Source: Longimicrobiales bacterium (GTDB lineage: Bacteria; Gemmatimonadota; Gemmatimonadetes; Longimicrobiales; Gaopeijiaceae). From it: a stretch of 64,000 nucleotides of DNA. The position numbers and the translations under genes are program-made. Below the pieces are notes generated by a model. That model was given only the letters and a program-made list of their open reading frames with translations. It was not told where the DNA came from and ran no database searches. The stretch spans positions 553,032 through 617,031 of the forward strand of contig CBDCKN010000013.1 of the NCBI GenBank assembly GCA_965218295.1, read 5' to 3'. This document shows, piece by piece, positions 40,715 through 51,385 of this stretch; the first letter of the stretch is position 1; every line of letters begins with the position of its first letter.

Positions 40715-41509
40715 ATGGTCCATCCCACGCCACAATCCGATAACCCCCGGCCCAGGGTCGCGCTCTTTGTCACGTGCATGGTGGACGCCATGTATCCGCG
40801 CGTCGGCATGGCGTCCGTCGAGCTTCTGGGGCGGCACGGCGCCGAGGTCGTCTTTCCCGAAAACCAGACGTGCTGCGGCCAGCCGGCCTTCACCGCGGGA
40901 TATTGGAAGGAGGCACGTAAGCTTGCCCTGAACTTTCTCGACGTGTTCGGTCCCCTGGTCGAAGGCGGCGAGGTCGATGCCATCGTTGCTCCGTCCGGAA
41001 GCTGCGTGGCCAACGTGAAGCACTCCTTCCGGATTCTCCTGGAAGGGGGGGCGCCCGAGGAGACTCGTGAGCGGGCCCGGCTGGTAGGCGACCGCACCCA
41101 CGAGCTCACCGAGTATCTCGTGGACGTTCTGGGAGTGGAAACCACGGGAACGAAATCGACCCGGTCCATCACGTATCACCCGTGCTGCCACCTGCTGAGG
41201 GAGCTCAGGGTCGACCGCCAACCGCGCACGCTTCTCGAGAGCCTCGAGGGTGGGGAGCTCGTCGATCTAGAGGAGTCCGAGGAGTGCTGTGGCTTCGGCG
41301 GCGCCTTTGCGGTCTGGAACTCGGAGATCAGCACCGAGATGGGTCGCCGCAAGGCCCGGCACCTGGACGCCTCGGGGGCTCAGGTCGTGGCAGTGGGCGA
41401 CGTGGGTTGCATGACCCACATGAACGGAATCCTCGTGCGAGGCGGCCATCGATGCCGCGCCGTTCACATCGCGGAGCTCCTGGCAGGCGACGACGGGGGC
41501 CGCGCGTGA
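40715..41509 (+). CDS. lutA: L-lactate utilization Fe-S protein LutA/LldE
   Basis: LFVTC, QTCCGQP, SGSC, YHPCCH and CCGFGG. Confidence 0.9.
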   Translation: MVHPTPQSDNPRPRVALFVTCMVDAMYPRVGMASVELLGRHGAEVVFPENQTCCGQPAFTAGYWKEARKLALNFLDVFGPLVEGGEVDAIVAPSGSCVANVKHSFRILLEGGAPEETRERARLVGDRTHELTEYLVDVLGVETTGTKSTRSITYHPCCHLLRELRVDRQPRTLLESLEGGELVDLEESEECCGFGGAFAVWNSEISTEMGRRKARHLDASGAQVVAVGDVGCMTHMNGILVRGGHRCRAVHIAELLAGDDGGRA

Positions 41510-42993
41510 AGATCGACATCGACGCGCCCTACCGGACCCGGGTCAGGCAAGCCCTGGCGGACACCGACCTCAAGACCGCCCTGGACCGGGCCACCGGGCA
41601 ACTCGCGCAGAGACGCCTGACCGCGCTGGCCGCGGTGAACGCCGAAGTGATGCGGGCCGAGAGCCGAACCGTCCGTGAAAGGGCCATCCGGCGTCTCCCA
41701 GAGCTTCTGGAGGAGCTGGAGGGCAACCTCGCTCGAAACGGATGTACGGTGCATTGGGCTCGAGATGCCGCCGAGGCGAACCGCGCAGTAGTGGAGATCG
41801 CCCGGCGCGGGGGAGTGGAGAGTGCGGTCAAATCCAAGTCCATGGTCACCGAGGAGATCGGGCTCAACCACGCTCTGGAGGAGGCCGGGATCGACATCGT
41901 CGAGACGGACCTCGGGGAGTACATCATCCAGCTCGACGACGAGCCGCCCAGCCACATCGTCGCTCCCGTCATTCACAAGCGCGCCGAGGACGTGGCAAGA
42001 GTCTTCGAACGGGAGCTGGGGATGGAGCCGACCCTGGACGCGGCGGTCATGTGTGCCACGGCACGAGGGGAGCTGCGACGGCGATTCCTCGGGGCGCAGA
42101 TGGGGATCAGCGGCTGCAACTTCGCCGTGACCGAGAGCGGCACCATCTGCTTGATCACGAACGAGGGGAACGGCCGCATGGTGACCAGCCTCCCCCGGAT
42201 ATATGTCGTCGTGGTCGGGATCGAGAAGGTCGTGGAGACGCTGGAGGACGCGGTGCTTCTCTGGCAGGCCACGACGAGAAACGCGACGGGCCAGGACGTC
42301 TCGGTCTACTTCTCATTGACTAGCAGCCCACGTCCTGCGGGTCACGCCGACGGGGCCCAGGAAATGCACGTCGTCCTCGTCGACAACGGGCGCTCGGGCG
42401 TGCTCATGCGCGGATACGCCGACGCACTCCTCTGCATCCGCTGTGGAGCGTGTCTGGACGTATGTCCCGTCTACCGGGAGATCGGTGGGCACGCCTACGG
42501 TCGGACCCCCTATTCCGGGCCCATTGGGTCGATCCTCACCCCATTGCTGGCCGAGGCCAGGGGGGACGACTCGAACGCGGGCAAGGAGCTCCCGTTCGCC
42601 AGCTCGCTCTGCGGAGCGTGTAAGGACGCCTGCCCCGTGAAGATCGATCTCCCCCGGCTGCTCCTCGAGCTCCGAGGTGATCTGACGGCACGGGGTGAAT
42701 CGAGCCTGGCGGCACGAGCTTCCGTGAAAGCGCTCACGCTGCCCTTGCATGGCCCGCGCCGATACCGCTTCGCCACACGGGTGGGACGCTTCTTCGGCCG
42801 GCTTCTGGGGGGACGCGTAGGACACATATCCGCCTTGCCCCCGCCCTTCGGCGCATGGACCCGAACCCGGGTGTTCCCCGTTCCACCGAAGAGGACGTTC
42901 AGGGAGCTGTGGAAGGCCGGGAGGGCGAGGCGGAGCGGCGGGGTGGATGGGGTGGAGGCCGACGGGCACGACCAGGGCACGGAGGCGGGATGA
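41506..42993 (+). CDS. lutB: L-lactate utilization Fe-S protein LutB/LldF
   Basis: KSKSMVTEEI, ETDLGE, NEGNGR and CIRCGACLDVCP. Confidence 0.93.
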   Translation: MKIDIDAPYRTRVRQALADTDLKTALDRATGQLAQRRLTALAAVNAEVMRAESRTVRERAIRRLPELLEELEGNLARNGCTVHWARDAAEANRAVVEIARRGGVESAVKSKSMVTEEIGLNHALEEAGIDIVETDLGEYIIQLDDEPPSHIVAPVIHKRAEDVARVFERELGMEPTLDAAVMCATARGELRRRFLGAQMGISGCNFAVTESGTICLITNEGNGRMVTSLPRIYVVVVGIEKVVETLEDAVLLWQATTRNATGQDVSVYFSLTSSPRPAGHADGAQEMHVVLVDNGRSGVLMRGYADALLCIRCGACLDVCPVYREIGGHAYGRTPYSGPIGSILTPLLAEARGDDSNAGKELPFASSLCGACKDACPVKIDLPRLLLELRGDLTARGESSLAARASVKALTLPLHGPRRYRFATRVGRFFGRLLGGRVGHISALPPPFGAWTRTRVFPVPPKRTFRELWKAGRARRSGGVDGVEADGHDQGTEAG

Positions 42994-43799
42994 GCGACTC
43001 TGCGCAGGCGAAAGGCGGGGCGTCGGCCCAGGCACGAGCGTGGATTCTCGGGCGGCTTCGAGAAGGTCTCGCCGATCCCTCGGCCGCGTTCAAGGTACCC
43101 GGGTCCGGGGAGCCCCTCCCCGGACCACCCACGCCTATCACACATGCCGGCGGCGATTCCCGGGCTTTGGCCGAACGGTTCGGAGCCAGCCTGGACGCCG
43201 TGCTGGGGAGCCACGAGATCGTCGAAGGTGCGGACGCCGTCGTGGATCGGGTCCTGGCGCGCATCGCCGCGCTACGCGAAGCCGGCTCGGCGGACGGCCT
43301 TTCCTTCGCAAGGGCTCTGGCCTGGGCTGCGGACGCCCTGGGAGTCCACGATCTCACGGAGCGCTTGGGCCGGGCGGGCATCTCGGTGATCGTGCCCGAC
43401 GACCTCCATGATCCGAGGCAGCGAAGGGACGCCGCGAGCGCAGCAGTCGGTGTCACTGCGGTCGATGCCGCTCTGGCGAGCACCGGCACTGTGGTGGTGG
43501 GTGCGGGCCCCGGCCGGAGTCGAGTGGCCAGCCTGTTGCCGTTACATCACATCGTCTTGGTCCCCACGAGCCGAATCCACGGTAGCGCGGAAGCGTGGAT
43601 CGCGTCTCTCAGGGAAGACGGACGGTTGGACGACACCCTGCGCGACGGTTCTCAGCTCACCTTGATCACGGGACCCAGCAAGTCGGCGGACATCGAGCTG
43701 ACGCTGACCCTGGGCGTTCACGGCCCCCGAACGGTTCACGCCATCATCTTCCACGATCAGGGCCTGACGGAGACCCTCCGCTCCACGAACACCGTGTAG
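42990..43799 (+). CDS. lutC: LutC/LldG (LUD domain)
   Basis: ITGPSKSADIELTLTLGVHGP. Confidence 0.9.
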   Translation: MSDSAQAKGGASAQARAWILGRLREGLADPSAAFKVPGSGEPLPGPPTPITHAGGDSRALAERFGASLDAVLGSHEIVEGADAVVDRVLARIAALREAGSADGLSFARALAWAADALGVHDLTERLGRAGISVIVPDDLHDPRQRRDAASAAVGVTAVDAALASTGTVVVGAGPGRSRVASLLPLHHIVLVPTSRIHGSAEAWIASLREDGRLDDTLRDGSQLTLITGPSKSADIELTLTLGVHGPRTVHAIIFHDQGLTETLRSTNTV

Positions 43800-43815
43800 C
43801 CACCGGGGGGTGCCG

Positions 43816-44301
43816 CTATTGCTGCTCCCGACGCCACTCGTATACGAAGCCGTCGCAGCACGGATCGGAGAGAACCAGGTCCCCGGCCTCGGTGATCTGC
43901 ACCCACTGTTCGTCGAAGCCGGTGAGGGGTTGGGCGTAGAGCAGCTGCGCGGAGCGTACCGCCGAGCCGGCGGCCATCAGGGGGACGAACTCGAAGGTGG
44001 TCGTCACTTCCGGAACCCCGTCCCGGGCCATCTCCACCTGGTTCGGGGGGGCGAAGGTGAGGGTCTGCGTGTATCCCTCGCTCTCGGGTGTTCGGGTGGT
44101 GCCGGCGATCCCACCTGTGGCCCGGATCCACGACCAGGTCCCGAAGAGAGCTTGGAGCAGCTCATCCTCCCCCGGGGCGGTGGGATCGGAGCTGCATGCG
44201 GCAGGCACGAGCAAGACCAGAAGGGTGAGGGGCACGACGAGTGCCCGGGCTCGGCCACCCTTCCCTTTCTCTGCAACACGGTTCCTCTGGCGACCCATCA
44301 C
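43816..44301 (-). CDS. Hypothetical lipoprotein
   Basis: Lipobox PAAC; GTWSWIRATGGIAG...DPCCDG. Confidence 0.75.
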   Translation of the reverse strand: MMGRQRNRVAEKGKGGRARALVVPLTLLVLLVPAACSSDPTAPGEDELLQALFGTWSWIRATGGIAGTTRTPESEGYTQTLTFAPPNQVEMARDGVPEVTTTFEFVPLMAAGSAVRSAQLLYAQPLTGFDEQWVQITEAGDLVLSDPCCDGFVYEWRREQQ

Positions 44302-44611
44302 ACCTCAACTCCCGCCGGCCTCGGCCGGCTCATCTATGTGATTCACGACTTCACTCGGTTCACCACGTCACGGTCCCTCTGACGACACACAAATACACGG
44401 CCCGAGGATGGAGGTTCGGGACTCGGAAGAGGGGCTCCCGGCCCTTCCGAGCGATTCCCGACGTACCTTCTAAACGAATGACCGCACCCCTTTGTGACGG
44501 CTCGGGCTCCTGTTCATGGTGGCGCGACCTACGTCCATATGGTGACTCGGCTAGATCGCATGCACGCCACATACTCGTGCGGGGCTTGCGCCACGGACCG
44601 CCAGGCCCTTA

Positions 44612-45631
44612 ATGGAGAACTCTCCACCAGATCTCCCACAACCGGATCCCATGATGGAAAGGTCTCCAAGAGTGTCACCCCAGAGGGCGACCCCTTGGCC
44701 AACGCCCGCCTCGAAGGTCAGCGCCGTCGGCACCGTGTCGGTCTTCGTGACGCTGACCCTTTTGGCCGGACCCGTCATGGCCCAGGAGGCCCCACCCCAG
44801 CCGGACATCTACGTGGCAGACCTCTCGGTTTTCGACGAGCTCTACTATCTCGGAGACTTTCAAAACGTCACCAACCGGCCCGAGGCCTACGACAACCAGC
44901 CCCTGTTCACGCCGGATAGCCGGTCGATCCTCTACACGGCGGCGTACGACGACGGAGACGACGGGCAGACCGAGATCCATCGCTACTATCTGTCCTCGGG
45001 GCGTACCACGCGCATTACGAGAACCGCCGAGAGCGAGTATTCGCCCACGCCCATTCCCGGCGATCGGGCCTTTTCGGCGATCCAGGTCGAGGCCGATTCG
45101 ACGCAGCGACTCTGGCGCTTCACGATGGAGGGCATGGACGCCGAAGTCGTCCTGCGTGACGTGGCCCCCGTGGGGTATCACGCCTGGGGTAACGAACAGA
45201 GCCTCCTGCTCTTCGTCCTTGGAGGACCGCCGACGCTGCAGGTGGCCGACGCCACCACCGGCCTTTCCGAGGTCGTGACCGACAGCGTGGGCCGATCGTT
45301 GCACAAGATCCCCAATCGGAACGCCTGGAGCTTCGTCGAACGGGTCTCGGACGAGGAGTCATGGATCAGCGAGCTGAACATCGGGACCCATGAAATAGTG
45401 CGTCTGATCCGGACCCGGGATGGTGGCGACTTCCACGCCTGGACGCCGGAGGGAGTCCTCCTCATGGCCTCCGGAGGCCAGATCCTCCGGTGGGATCCGG
45501 AAGTGGACGCCGACTGGCGCGTCATGGCGAACCTCAGGCACATGAACCTGATCTTCAGCCGCATCGCCGTGAGCCCCGACGGCACGAAGATCGCCATCGT
45601 CGGTATGCGGAACCCGGTGGACGAGCCGTAG
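44612..45631 (+). CDS. Exported TolB-like beta-propeller protein
   Basis: YDNQP.FTPD, ESEYSPT and IAVSPDG repeats; start uncertain. Confidence 0.8.
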   Translation: MENSPPDLPQPDPMMERSPRVSPQRATPWPTPASKVSAVGTVSVFVTLTLLAGPVMAQEAPPQPDIYVADLSVFDELYYLGDFQNVTNRPEAYDNQPLFTPDSRSILYTAAYDDGDDGQTEIHRYYLSSGRTTRITRTAESEYSPTPIPGDRAFSAIQVEADSTQRLWRFTMEGMDAEVVLRDVAPVGYHAWGNEQSLLLFVLGGPPTLQVADATTGLSEVVTDSVGRSLHKIPNRNAWSFVERVSDEESWISELNIGTHEIVRLIRTRDGGDFHAWTPEGVLLMASGGQILRWDPEVDADWRVMANLRHMNLIFSRIAVSPDGTKIAIVGMRNPVDEP

Positions 45632-45729
45632 GAGCCGGCTCCCCGGCCTCGGAGGAATTTCTTTGTCGGTGGCGAGCCGCGTCGGTAGATTGGAGCTACC
45701 GACGTGGGCCATTCGATCCGGGAGCAGCG

Positions 45730-46540
45730 ATGCGGCTGCGAGTCCAATACGTCTTTTCTATGGTGACCTTGGTTGCCCTGTCGGGGTGCGGCGAGACGGC
45801 AACGGAGCCGATCGAGCCCACGGGAGCTCTAGACGAGCTTGCCGCGCAGGCGGCAGCAACCGCCGTAGTCGAGGCGACGGACGCCAGGCTTCCCCACCTC
45901 CCCTCCCTGGTCCACGAGGCCCTCGAGGTTGTCAGGTCCGACGACGCCCAGGTCGAAGCCGCCACCGCCTTCCGACGTGCGCGCCGAGCCCGGATGGCGG
46001 CCCGGGAAGCCTACGAAGCTGGTGACGAAAGGCGAAGCCCTTCGCCTCCTGCGTCGGGCCCGCCGGTTCACCCTCGAGGGGGTCATCGCGGCGTTGGGTC
46101 CGGGCGTCGTCACGGAAGCCATTGCCGGTGTCGAGGCCGCCATCGCCCACTGGGACGAGCGAGTGTCCGATCGCGACGTGCCCGAGCGCTTCCTGCGAGC
46201 CCTCGAGCACGCCCGGAGGCAGGCGGCGGCGGCCCGGAACGCCGATTCCCCCGTGGCCGCCCTCTCCCACGCGCTCATCGCCGCGGAGATCATCCGGGCC
46301 CTATCGCCCGCTCACCTCGCCATCCGGGCATTGCGCCACGCGGCTCATGCATTCCGTGGGGCCACAGAGGCGGTGGGTGATGCCCCCACGGACGACGAGA
46401 GGGCAATTCTGGCCGAGGCTCGCCGGGTTCTCTCGAGGGCCGAAGAGGCCTTCTAAAACCACGAGTGGCGAGCCGCCCTGCGTGCCGCCCTGGCTTCGGC
46501 GGAGCTCTCACTCAAGGTCCTCGACGGCCGATCCCCGTAG
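45730..46540 (+). pseudogene. Helical lipoprotein with frameshift (about 46030) and in-frame TAA (46454-46456)
   Basis: Lipobox LSGC; coding-like frame continues NHEWRAALRAAL after the TAA. Confidence 0.6.
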
Positions 46541-46589
46541 CGGGCGTATCCCATCGCGCCGCATCGCGGGCACCAGGCGGTCCTCGGCA

Positions 46590-46745
46590 CCCGTTGACGA
46601 GCCAGCTGTACCAGGCGGAGCCCACCGACCCCATGATCCTGGGGAGCGTGGTTCTGGTGCTCTGGCCGTGGGCCTCGTCGCCAGCTACCTGCCCGGAAGA
46701 AGGGCGAGCCGCCTCGATCCTGTGGAAGCGTTGCGGGCGGAGTAG
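46590..46745 (+). pseudogene. C-terminal stump of a MacB/FtsX (ADOP-type) permease
   Basis: LYQAEPTDP...ASYLPGRRASRLDPVEALRAE split over two frames. Confidence 0.7.
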
Positions 46746-46748
46746 TCC

Positions 46749-47174
46749 TCAGAGGCACTTGCGCAGGACCGGGGTTTGACCGCGCCGGAGCTGGTAGGGA
46801 CCCGCCGTCAGATCTCTCGGGATGATGTCCACTTCCAGGCTCATAGACGCTCCGCCGATCCGCCCGCGGAAGAGGGCCTCGAGCTCGTCCGGGGGATCTT
46901 CGTTGCTGACCGGTCCACCCTCGGGCACCCAGATCCCCGAGACCTCGAACGATCCATCCTACTCGTCGAAGGAGAGCCCTCCGGGAACCGAGGCGTGGGC
47001 ACAGTCGAACTCGAAGCTGGCGGAGCCGGTCTCGATCACAGCCGCCACGCCCTCCCCGCCCCATTCGCCCAGCGAGTCGGAGACCTGGAAGGGGTCCGAG
47101 CAGGCAAGCAGAGAAAGGATTCCCGCAAACCACAGCGCCAGAGCGGATCTACGGTTATTCGTGCTGGATAGCAT
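46749..47174 (-). pseudogene. Lipoprotein with in-frame TAG (46959-46961)
   Basis: Lipobox LLAC; frame continues DGSFEVSG..EGGPV...LRKCL after the TAG. Confidence 0.65.
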
Positions 47175-47313
47175 GTTGTGTTCCGTTACCTCCATAGATA
47201 AACGATCGACTGGCGCTCTTGTGACAGTCGGGTCCATTCGGCCTCCCGAGGGTATCGTTTCTTCGCCGGACCCCACTCCCCGGACGCAACATGATCGAAT
47301 GGGCCAGAGTGTG

Positions 47314-48108
47314 ATGACGAACAGACCTCCGCGCCAGGAGAACCTGGACCGCTTCGAGGCCAAGTACGCCCGTGCTCGGTCGAACGTCGCTCGCCAGATC
47401 GGGAAAGAAGCGTGTGGGCACGACTACAGCCTGAGCGGATATACCACGGTCGCTGAGGCCCGAGAACTGGTACGACACCTAGGCCTGCACCAAGACTCCA
47501 GTGTTCTCGATCTCGGAAGTGGCCGGGGGTGGCCCGCCATCCACTTCACGAAGGAGGCTCGCTGCAGGGTGGTCGCTACGGACGTTCCCCTTCAGGGACT
47601 TCAGGAAGCCGGGGAGCACCTACGGTTTCGGGCGGGGGCCGACGCGAGGGCGCTCCCGTTCCGGTCGAGCTCCTTCGATGCCGTCACTCACTCCGATGTG
47701 TTCTGCTGAATTCCGAACAAGCTCTCCGTGCTGAGAGAATGTCGGCGGGTGCTGCGGCCCGGCGGACACGTGGGAGGGTGGGTGATCCACACGGCCGAGG
47801 GCCTGACCGAGTCCGAAGAGCTTCGTGCCGCCGAGCTGGGCCCACCGGCGGTGCTATCCTCAGTGCCGTATTCGGATCTCATTCGTGAAGCCGGTCTCGA
47901 CCCTAGCCAGCTCACCGACGTAACGGCGGGGTTTCTGAAGACGGTCCAGACCATCCTGAGCTCGCGAGAGAAATACCGGCGAGCTCTCCTGGAGACGTGT
48001 GGCCCCGACGCGCATGAGGAAGAGCAGGAGATGCTCGAGAAGCTGCAGGAAGGGATCCAGACCGGCGTGCTACGGCGCTCACTGTTCGTGGCGGCCCAGC
48101 CTCACTGA
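47314..48108 (+). CDS. Class I SAM methyltransferase, candidate selenoprotein (in-frame UGA 47707-47709)
   Basis: VLDLGSGRGW, LPF..SFDAVTHSDVFC-UGA-IPNKLSVLRECRRVLRPGG in one frame; SECIS-like hairpin follows. Confidence 0.75.
47710..47740 (+). promoter_or_regulatory. Putative bacterial SECIS element
   Basis: Stem CTCTC/GAGAG starts 12 nt after UGA; loop CGTGCT has G at position 2; ATT/AAT lower pairing. Confidence 0.55.
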
Positions 48109-49280
48109 TCCGTCCCACCTCCGGCGACGCTCTTCTTCAACGCCCGGGCGGCCTCCGCGTATCCTCCCCCTGCCGCATCGACGAAGTGGAAGTGAGCACT
48201 CTGGCGGTGCTCGATCAAACAGGTCATGAGTGCCGAGTGGGCGATGTGGACCCCGAACGAGACCTCGCCCCGCCGCCGTAGCCCGCTCAGGTATTCCTCG
48301 AGCTCCTCCCGCTGCTCGGCGCCCCCTGCAAGGACCAACCGCAAGGACCCGTCGAACTTGCGGAAGTCGGTATTGGAGACCAGGTCACCCATGTACATGC
48401 CCCAGTCGACATCCCGGGTCCGTACCCCGAACCGGAGCAGGAACCAGCCGAGAATCACCTGGGCGCGCAGGAGCAGCCCGTGAGCCATGCGCACCAGCAG
48501 GCCGTCCCGCCACCCCTTCAGTCGAGACTCGTTGCCCAGAATCGCCCCCGACAGGGTGACGCGAAGGCCGCCCTCGGTGACGGGCCGGCACCGATCGGCG
48601 TTCCCGTAGATCGCCCGGATCCGATCCATGATCGGTCCGTACGCTTCCAGCGTCCGGCCCGCTTCGGTCGTGGCGTCGATGATCACGGCCACCGTTTCGC
48701 CAAACGGGCTGGGGATCTCCCCCCACCTGCACTCGAGGCCGCTGTAGTCGGCTTCGGCCGACGGGTCCGGTTTGATCAGGAATTGGGCGGGGAGCTCCCC
48801 TCGCTTCAGGCTCCTCTCGGCGAACTCCGCCCCTCCACCATGAAGGGCACATTGAAAGTAGTGTGGAGAAACCCGATGGCGTGCCACGCGAACCTCATGC
48901 CCAAGCCTTCTGAGGTAAGCCACCGGAACGACGGCCGCCCTCAGCTCCAGGCCGAAGCTCTCCTTCGCAATGGCGGTGGTGGCGGACATGGCCCGGGCGA
49001 CGGCCGGGGCGGCACGACAGGGAATGCACATCCGCGCCCCGTCCCCGCCGAAGATGTAGGGGATCTCTACAGGCCTGAGCACGTTTACGGTGGCGGCGAT
49101 GACGGAAACACCGACGGTGTTCACCGCTTTGTAGTTCCCTGCCTCTATGGCGCCAGTGGAATCCGCGATATCCGCCACCACTACGGACCAGTCCTCTGGG
49201 AGTAGCACGTAGCTCTCGGAGCGGACGAGGGCCTCGAAGTCGTCGACCGGTTCGATACCGCTATAGAACGAATCTGACAT
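48102..49280 (-). CDS. DUF3095-family protein (adenylate cyclase-like fold)
   Basis: ADIADSTGAI..G.YK.VN, FGGDG, GLECRW, DFRKFDG and HFHFVDAAGGGY. Confidence 0.85.
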   Translation of the reverse strand: MSDSFYSGIEPVDDFEALVRSESYVLLPEDWSVVVADIADSTGAIEAGNYKAVNTVGVSVIAATVNVLRPVEIPYIFGGDGARMCIPCRAAPAVARAMSATTAIAKESFGLELRAAVVPVAYLRRLGHEVRVARHRVSPHYFQCALHGGGAEFAERSLKRGELPAQFLIKPDPSAEADYSGLECRWGEIPSPFGETVAVIIDATTEAGRTLEAYGPIMDRIRAIYGNADRCRPVTEGGLRVTLSGAILGNESRLKGWRDGLLVRMAHGLLLRAQVILGWFLLRFGVRTRDVDWGMYMGDLVSNTDFRKFDGSLRLVLAGGAEQREELEEYLSGLRRRGEVSFGVHIAHSALMTCLIEHRQSAHFHFVDAAGGGYAEAARALKKSVAGGGTDQ

Positions 49281-49509
49281 GGCCTTGTTGCCCCACACGG
49301 TGCCATCCCCTAGGCTGCAAATCCTCCATGATAGTAACGAAATTCCGGAGATTTCATGTTCTCGACTTCCACAGCGCCAAGGCTCCTACTCGGTGGCATA
49401 CTCGTGGCCACTCTGGCCGTTCTCACGGGGTGTGACGCCGGATCGGGCGACGCTGCCGACCTCGTGCTGCGCAACGGGGGTGGGAAGGTCATGTACAGGG
49501 GCGGGATGA

Positions 49510-49995
49510 ACTGACCTCGAGCGGTGGGCCGACGATCACCTGGATCCCAAGATCCACCACAACAACCTGATCCAGTCGATCCTCGCGAAGATCGAAGCCA
49601 ATCACGCCGGAGCCGACCATGCCCTGATGCTCGACAGGAGCGGCTTCATCGCCGAGGCCCACGGCACCCACGTGTTCTTCGTGAGGCGCGACAAGGTGTT
49701 CACCGGCACCACCGAAGCATGGCCGAAGGGGATCACGCGGCAGACGGTGCTGGACCTCTGTGCGGCCAACGGGATCGAGCACGAGGTTGGGAGGGTCTCT
49801 CTCACTGAAGCCTACGCCGTAGACGAGATGTTCTGTACAGGAACCATGGGAGGGCTGGTGGCGGTTACGACGTTGGACGGGCGGACCATTGGCAGCGGGG
49901 CGATCGGACCCATGACGAAGCTGCTCTCGGAACTGTATGCCCAGGAGACTGCCTCGAGCGGGTATCAGATTCTCACCCCGCAACCCCAGGGCTAG
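49510..49995 (+). pseudogene. Class IV aminotransferase, N-terminally truncated
   Basis: LDPKIHHNNLIQSILAKIEAN, GITRQTV and DEMFCTGT; in-frame stop at 49507 upstream. Confidence 0.75.
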
Positions 49996-50002
49996 CGCGA
50001 CG

Positions 50003-50464
50003 ATGGGAGCGCCTGAAGCCCCCCGCCGAGTCTACCCCCCGGTGTACTTCCTGGCGGCACTCATGGCGATCGCCGGCCTGCACTTTCTTCTGCCCGAGCT
50101 TCGCTGGCTCGAGCGTCCGGCCACATACGCCGGCGGGCTCTTCGTCCTCGTCGGCCTCATTCTCGCTCTCGTCTCCTCGGAGCTCTTCCGGCGGAGTGGG
50201 ACGACCATAAAGCCCTTCGAGCCGTCGACGGCCCTGGTCACCAGCGGTCCGTTTCGCCTGTCGCGAAACCCCATGTACCTGGGAATGGTCCTCGTGCTCT
50301 TCGGGTGCGCCATACTCCTGGGCACGGTATGGCCCCTCCCCGTCATCCCGCTTTTCATCTGGCTGATCACGAGCCGGTTCATCGTCCACGAAGAGCAGAT
50401 GATGGAGCAGGTGTTCGGCGACGACTACCGAGAGTACCGACAGCGGACGCGTCGCTGGATTTGA
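50003..50464 (+). CDS. Isoprenylcysteine carboxylmethyltransferase/PEMT-family membrane protein
   Basis: LVTSGPFRLSRNPMYLG...EE...FG.DY..Y...RRWI. Confidence 0.9.
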   Translation: MGAPEAPRRVYPPVYFLAALMAIAGLHFLLPELRWLERPATYAGGLFVLVGLILALVSSELFRRSGTTIKPFEPSTALVTSGPFRLSRNPMYLGMVLVLFGCAILLGTVWPLPVIPLFIWLITSRFIVHEEQMMEQVFGDDYREYRQRTRRWI

Positions 50465-50687
50465 GGCAAATGATCAACGCCGGTCTCGTAGCCATTGCGT
50501 CGCCTTCGTCACGTCCTGGCTGGGCTGCATCGCCGGGGCGTTCGGCCGCCGGATCGATACAGATCGGATCGTGCTGTGGCCGCACCACCCTAGGGCTTCC
50601 TTGCCATCACCCTGACGCACTCACACCTTGCCTACGAATCCAGCGGGAGGTGCGGAAGCGTCCATCCAGCTCCAGGAGGTCACCACC

Positions 50688-51248
50688 ATGGTCCCCTTGA
50701 TGTCGCTCTGGATCCCCATCGTGCTCTCGGCCGTGATCGTGTTCGTCGCCAGCTCGGCCATCCACATGTTCCTGACGTACCACAAGGGTGACTTCGGTCA
50801 GGTCCCGTCGGAGGACGGGGTTCGGGAGGCGCTCCGGGGTGCCAACATCCCTCCCGGGGACTACGTCATCCCCTACGCCGGCAGCGCAAAGGCGATGGGC
50901 AAGCCCGAGTTCCTCGAGAAAGCGACCGAGGGTACCAATGCCTTCCTGACCGTCATCCCCAACGGCGTCCCCAAGATGGGGGCGAGCCTGGCGCAGTGGT
51001 TCGTCTACTGCATCGTCGTTGGGATCTTCGCCGCCTACGTGGCAGGCCACGCCGTCGAGCCGGGGGCCGAATATCTGCCCGTGTTCCGGTACGTGGGGAC
51101 CACCGCATTCGTGGGTTATGCGCTGGCACTGCCCCAGAACTCGATCTGGTACCACCGAAACTGGGGCGCGACCCTCAAGTCGATGTTCGACGGGCTGGTG
51201 TACGCACTCCTGACTGCCGGAACGTTCGGATGGCTATGGCCCTCCTGA
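50688..51248 (+). CDS. Conserved membrane protein
   Basis: AGGAGG Shine-Dalgarno; hydrophobic segments; C-terminal FGWLWP. Confidence 0.8.
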   Translation: MVPLMSLWIPIVLSAVIVFVASSAIHMFLTYHKGDFGQVPSEDGVREALRGANIPPGDYVIPYAGSAKAMGKPEFLEKATEGTNAFLTVIPNGVPKMGASLAQWFVYCIVVGIFAAYVAGHAVEPGAEYLPVFRYVGTTAFVGYALALPQNSIWYHRNWGATLKSMFDGLVYALLTAGTFGWLWPS

Positions 51249-51385
51249 GGGCTCGAAGGCCAGATAGATTCTCGAGACCGAGGCGCTGCTGACCATGGTG
51301 GGGGGCGAGATCTTGTTCGCGAGAGAGCCCTATGCCTCCACGTCGGAGGGCGAATCCGAGCCGGCCCGCCGAGCGGGACTCCGGA

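Noticed and set aside
46959..46961. In-frame TAG as pyrrolysine or recoding
   Set aside because: No pyl genes or methylamine methyltransferase context, and TAG serves as a normal stop throughout the window
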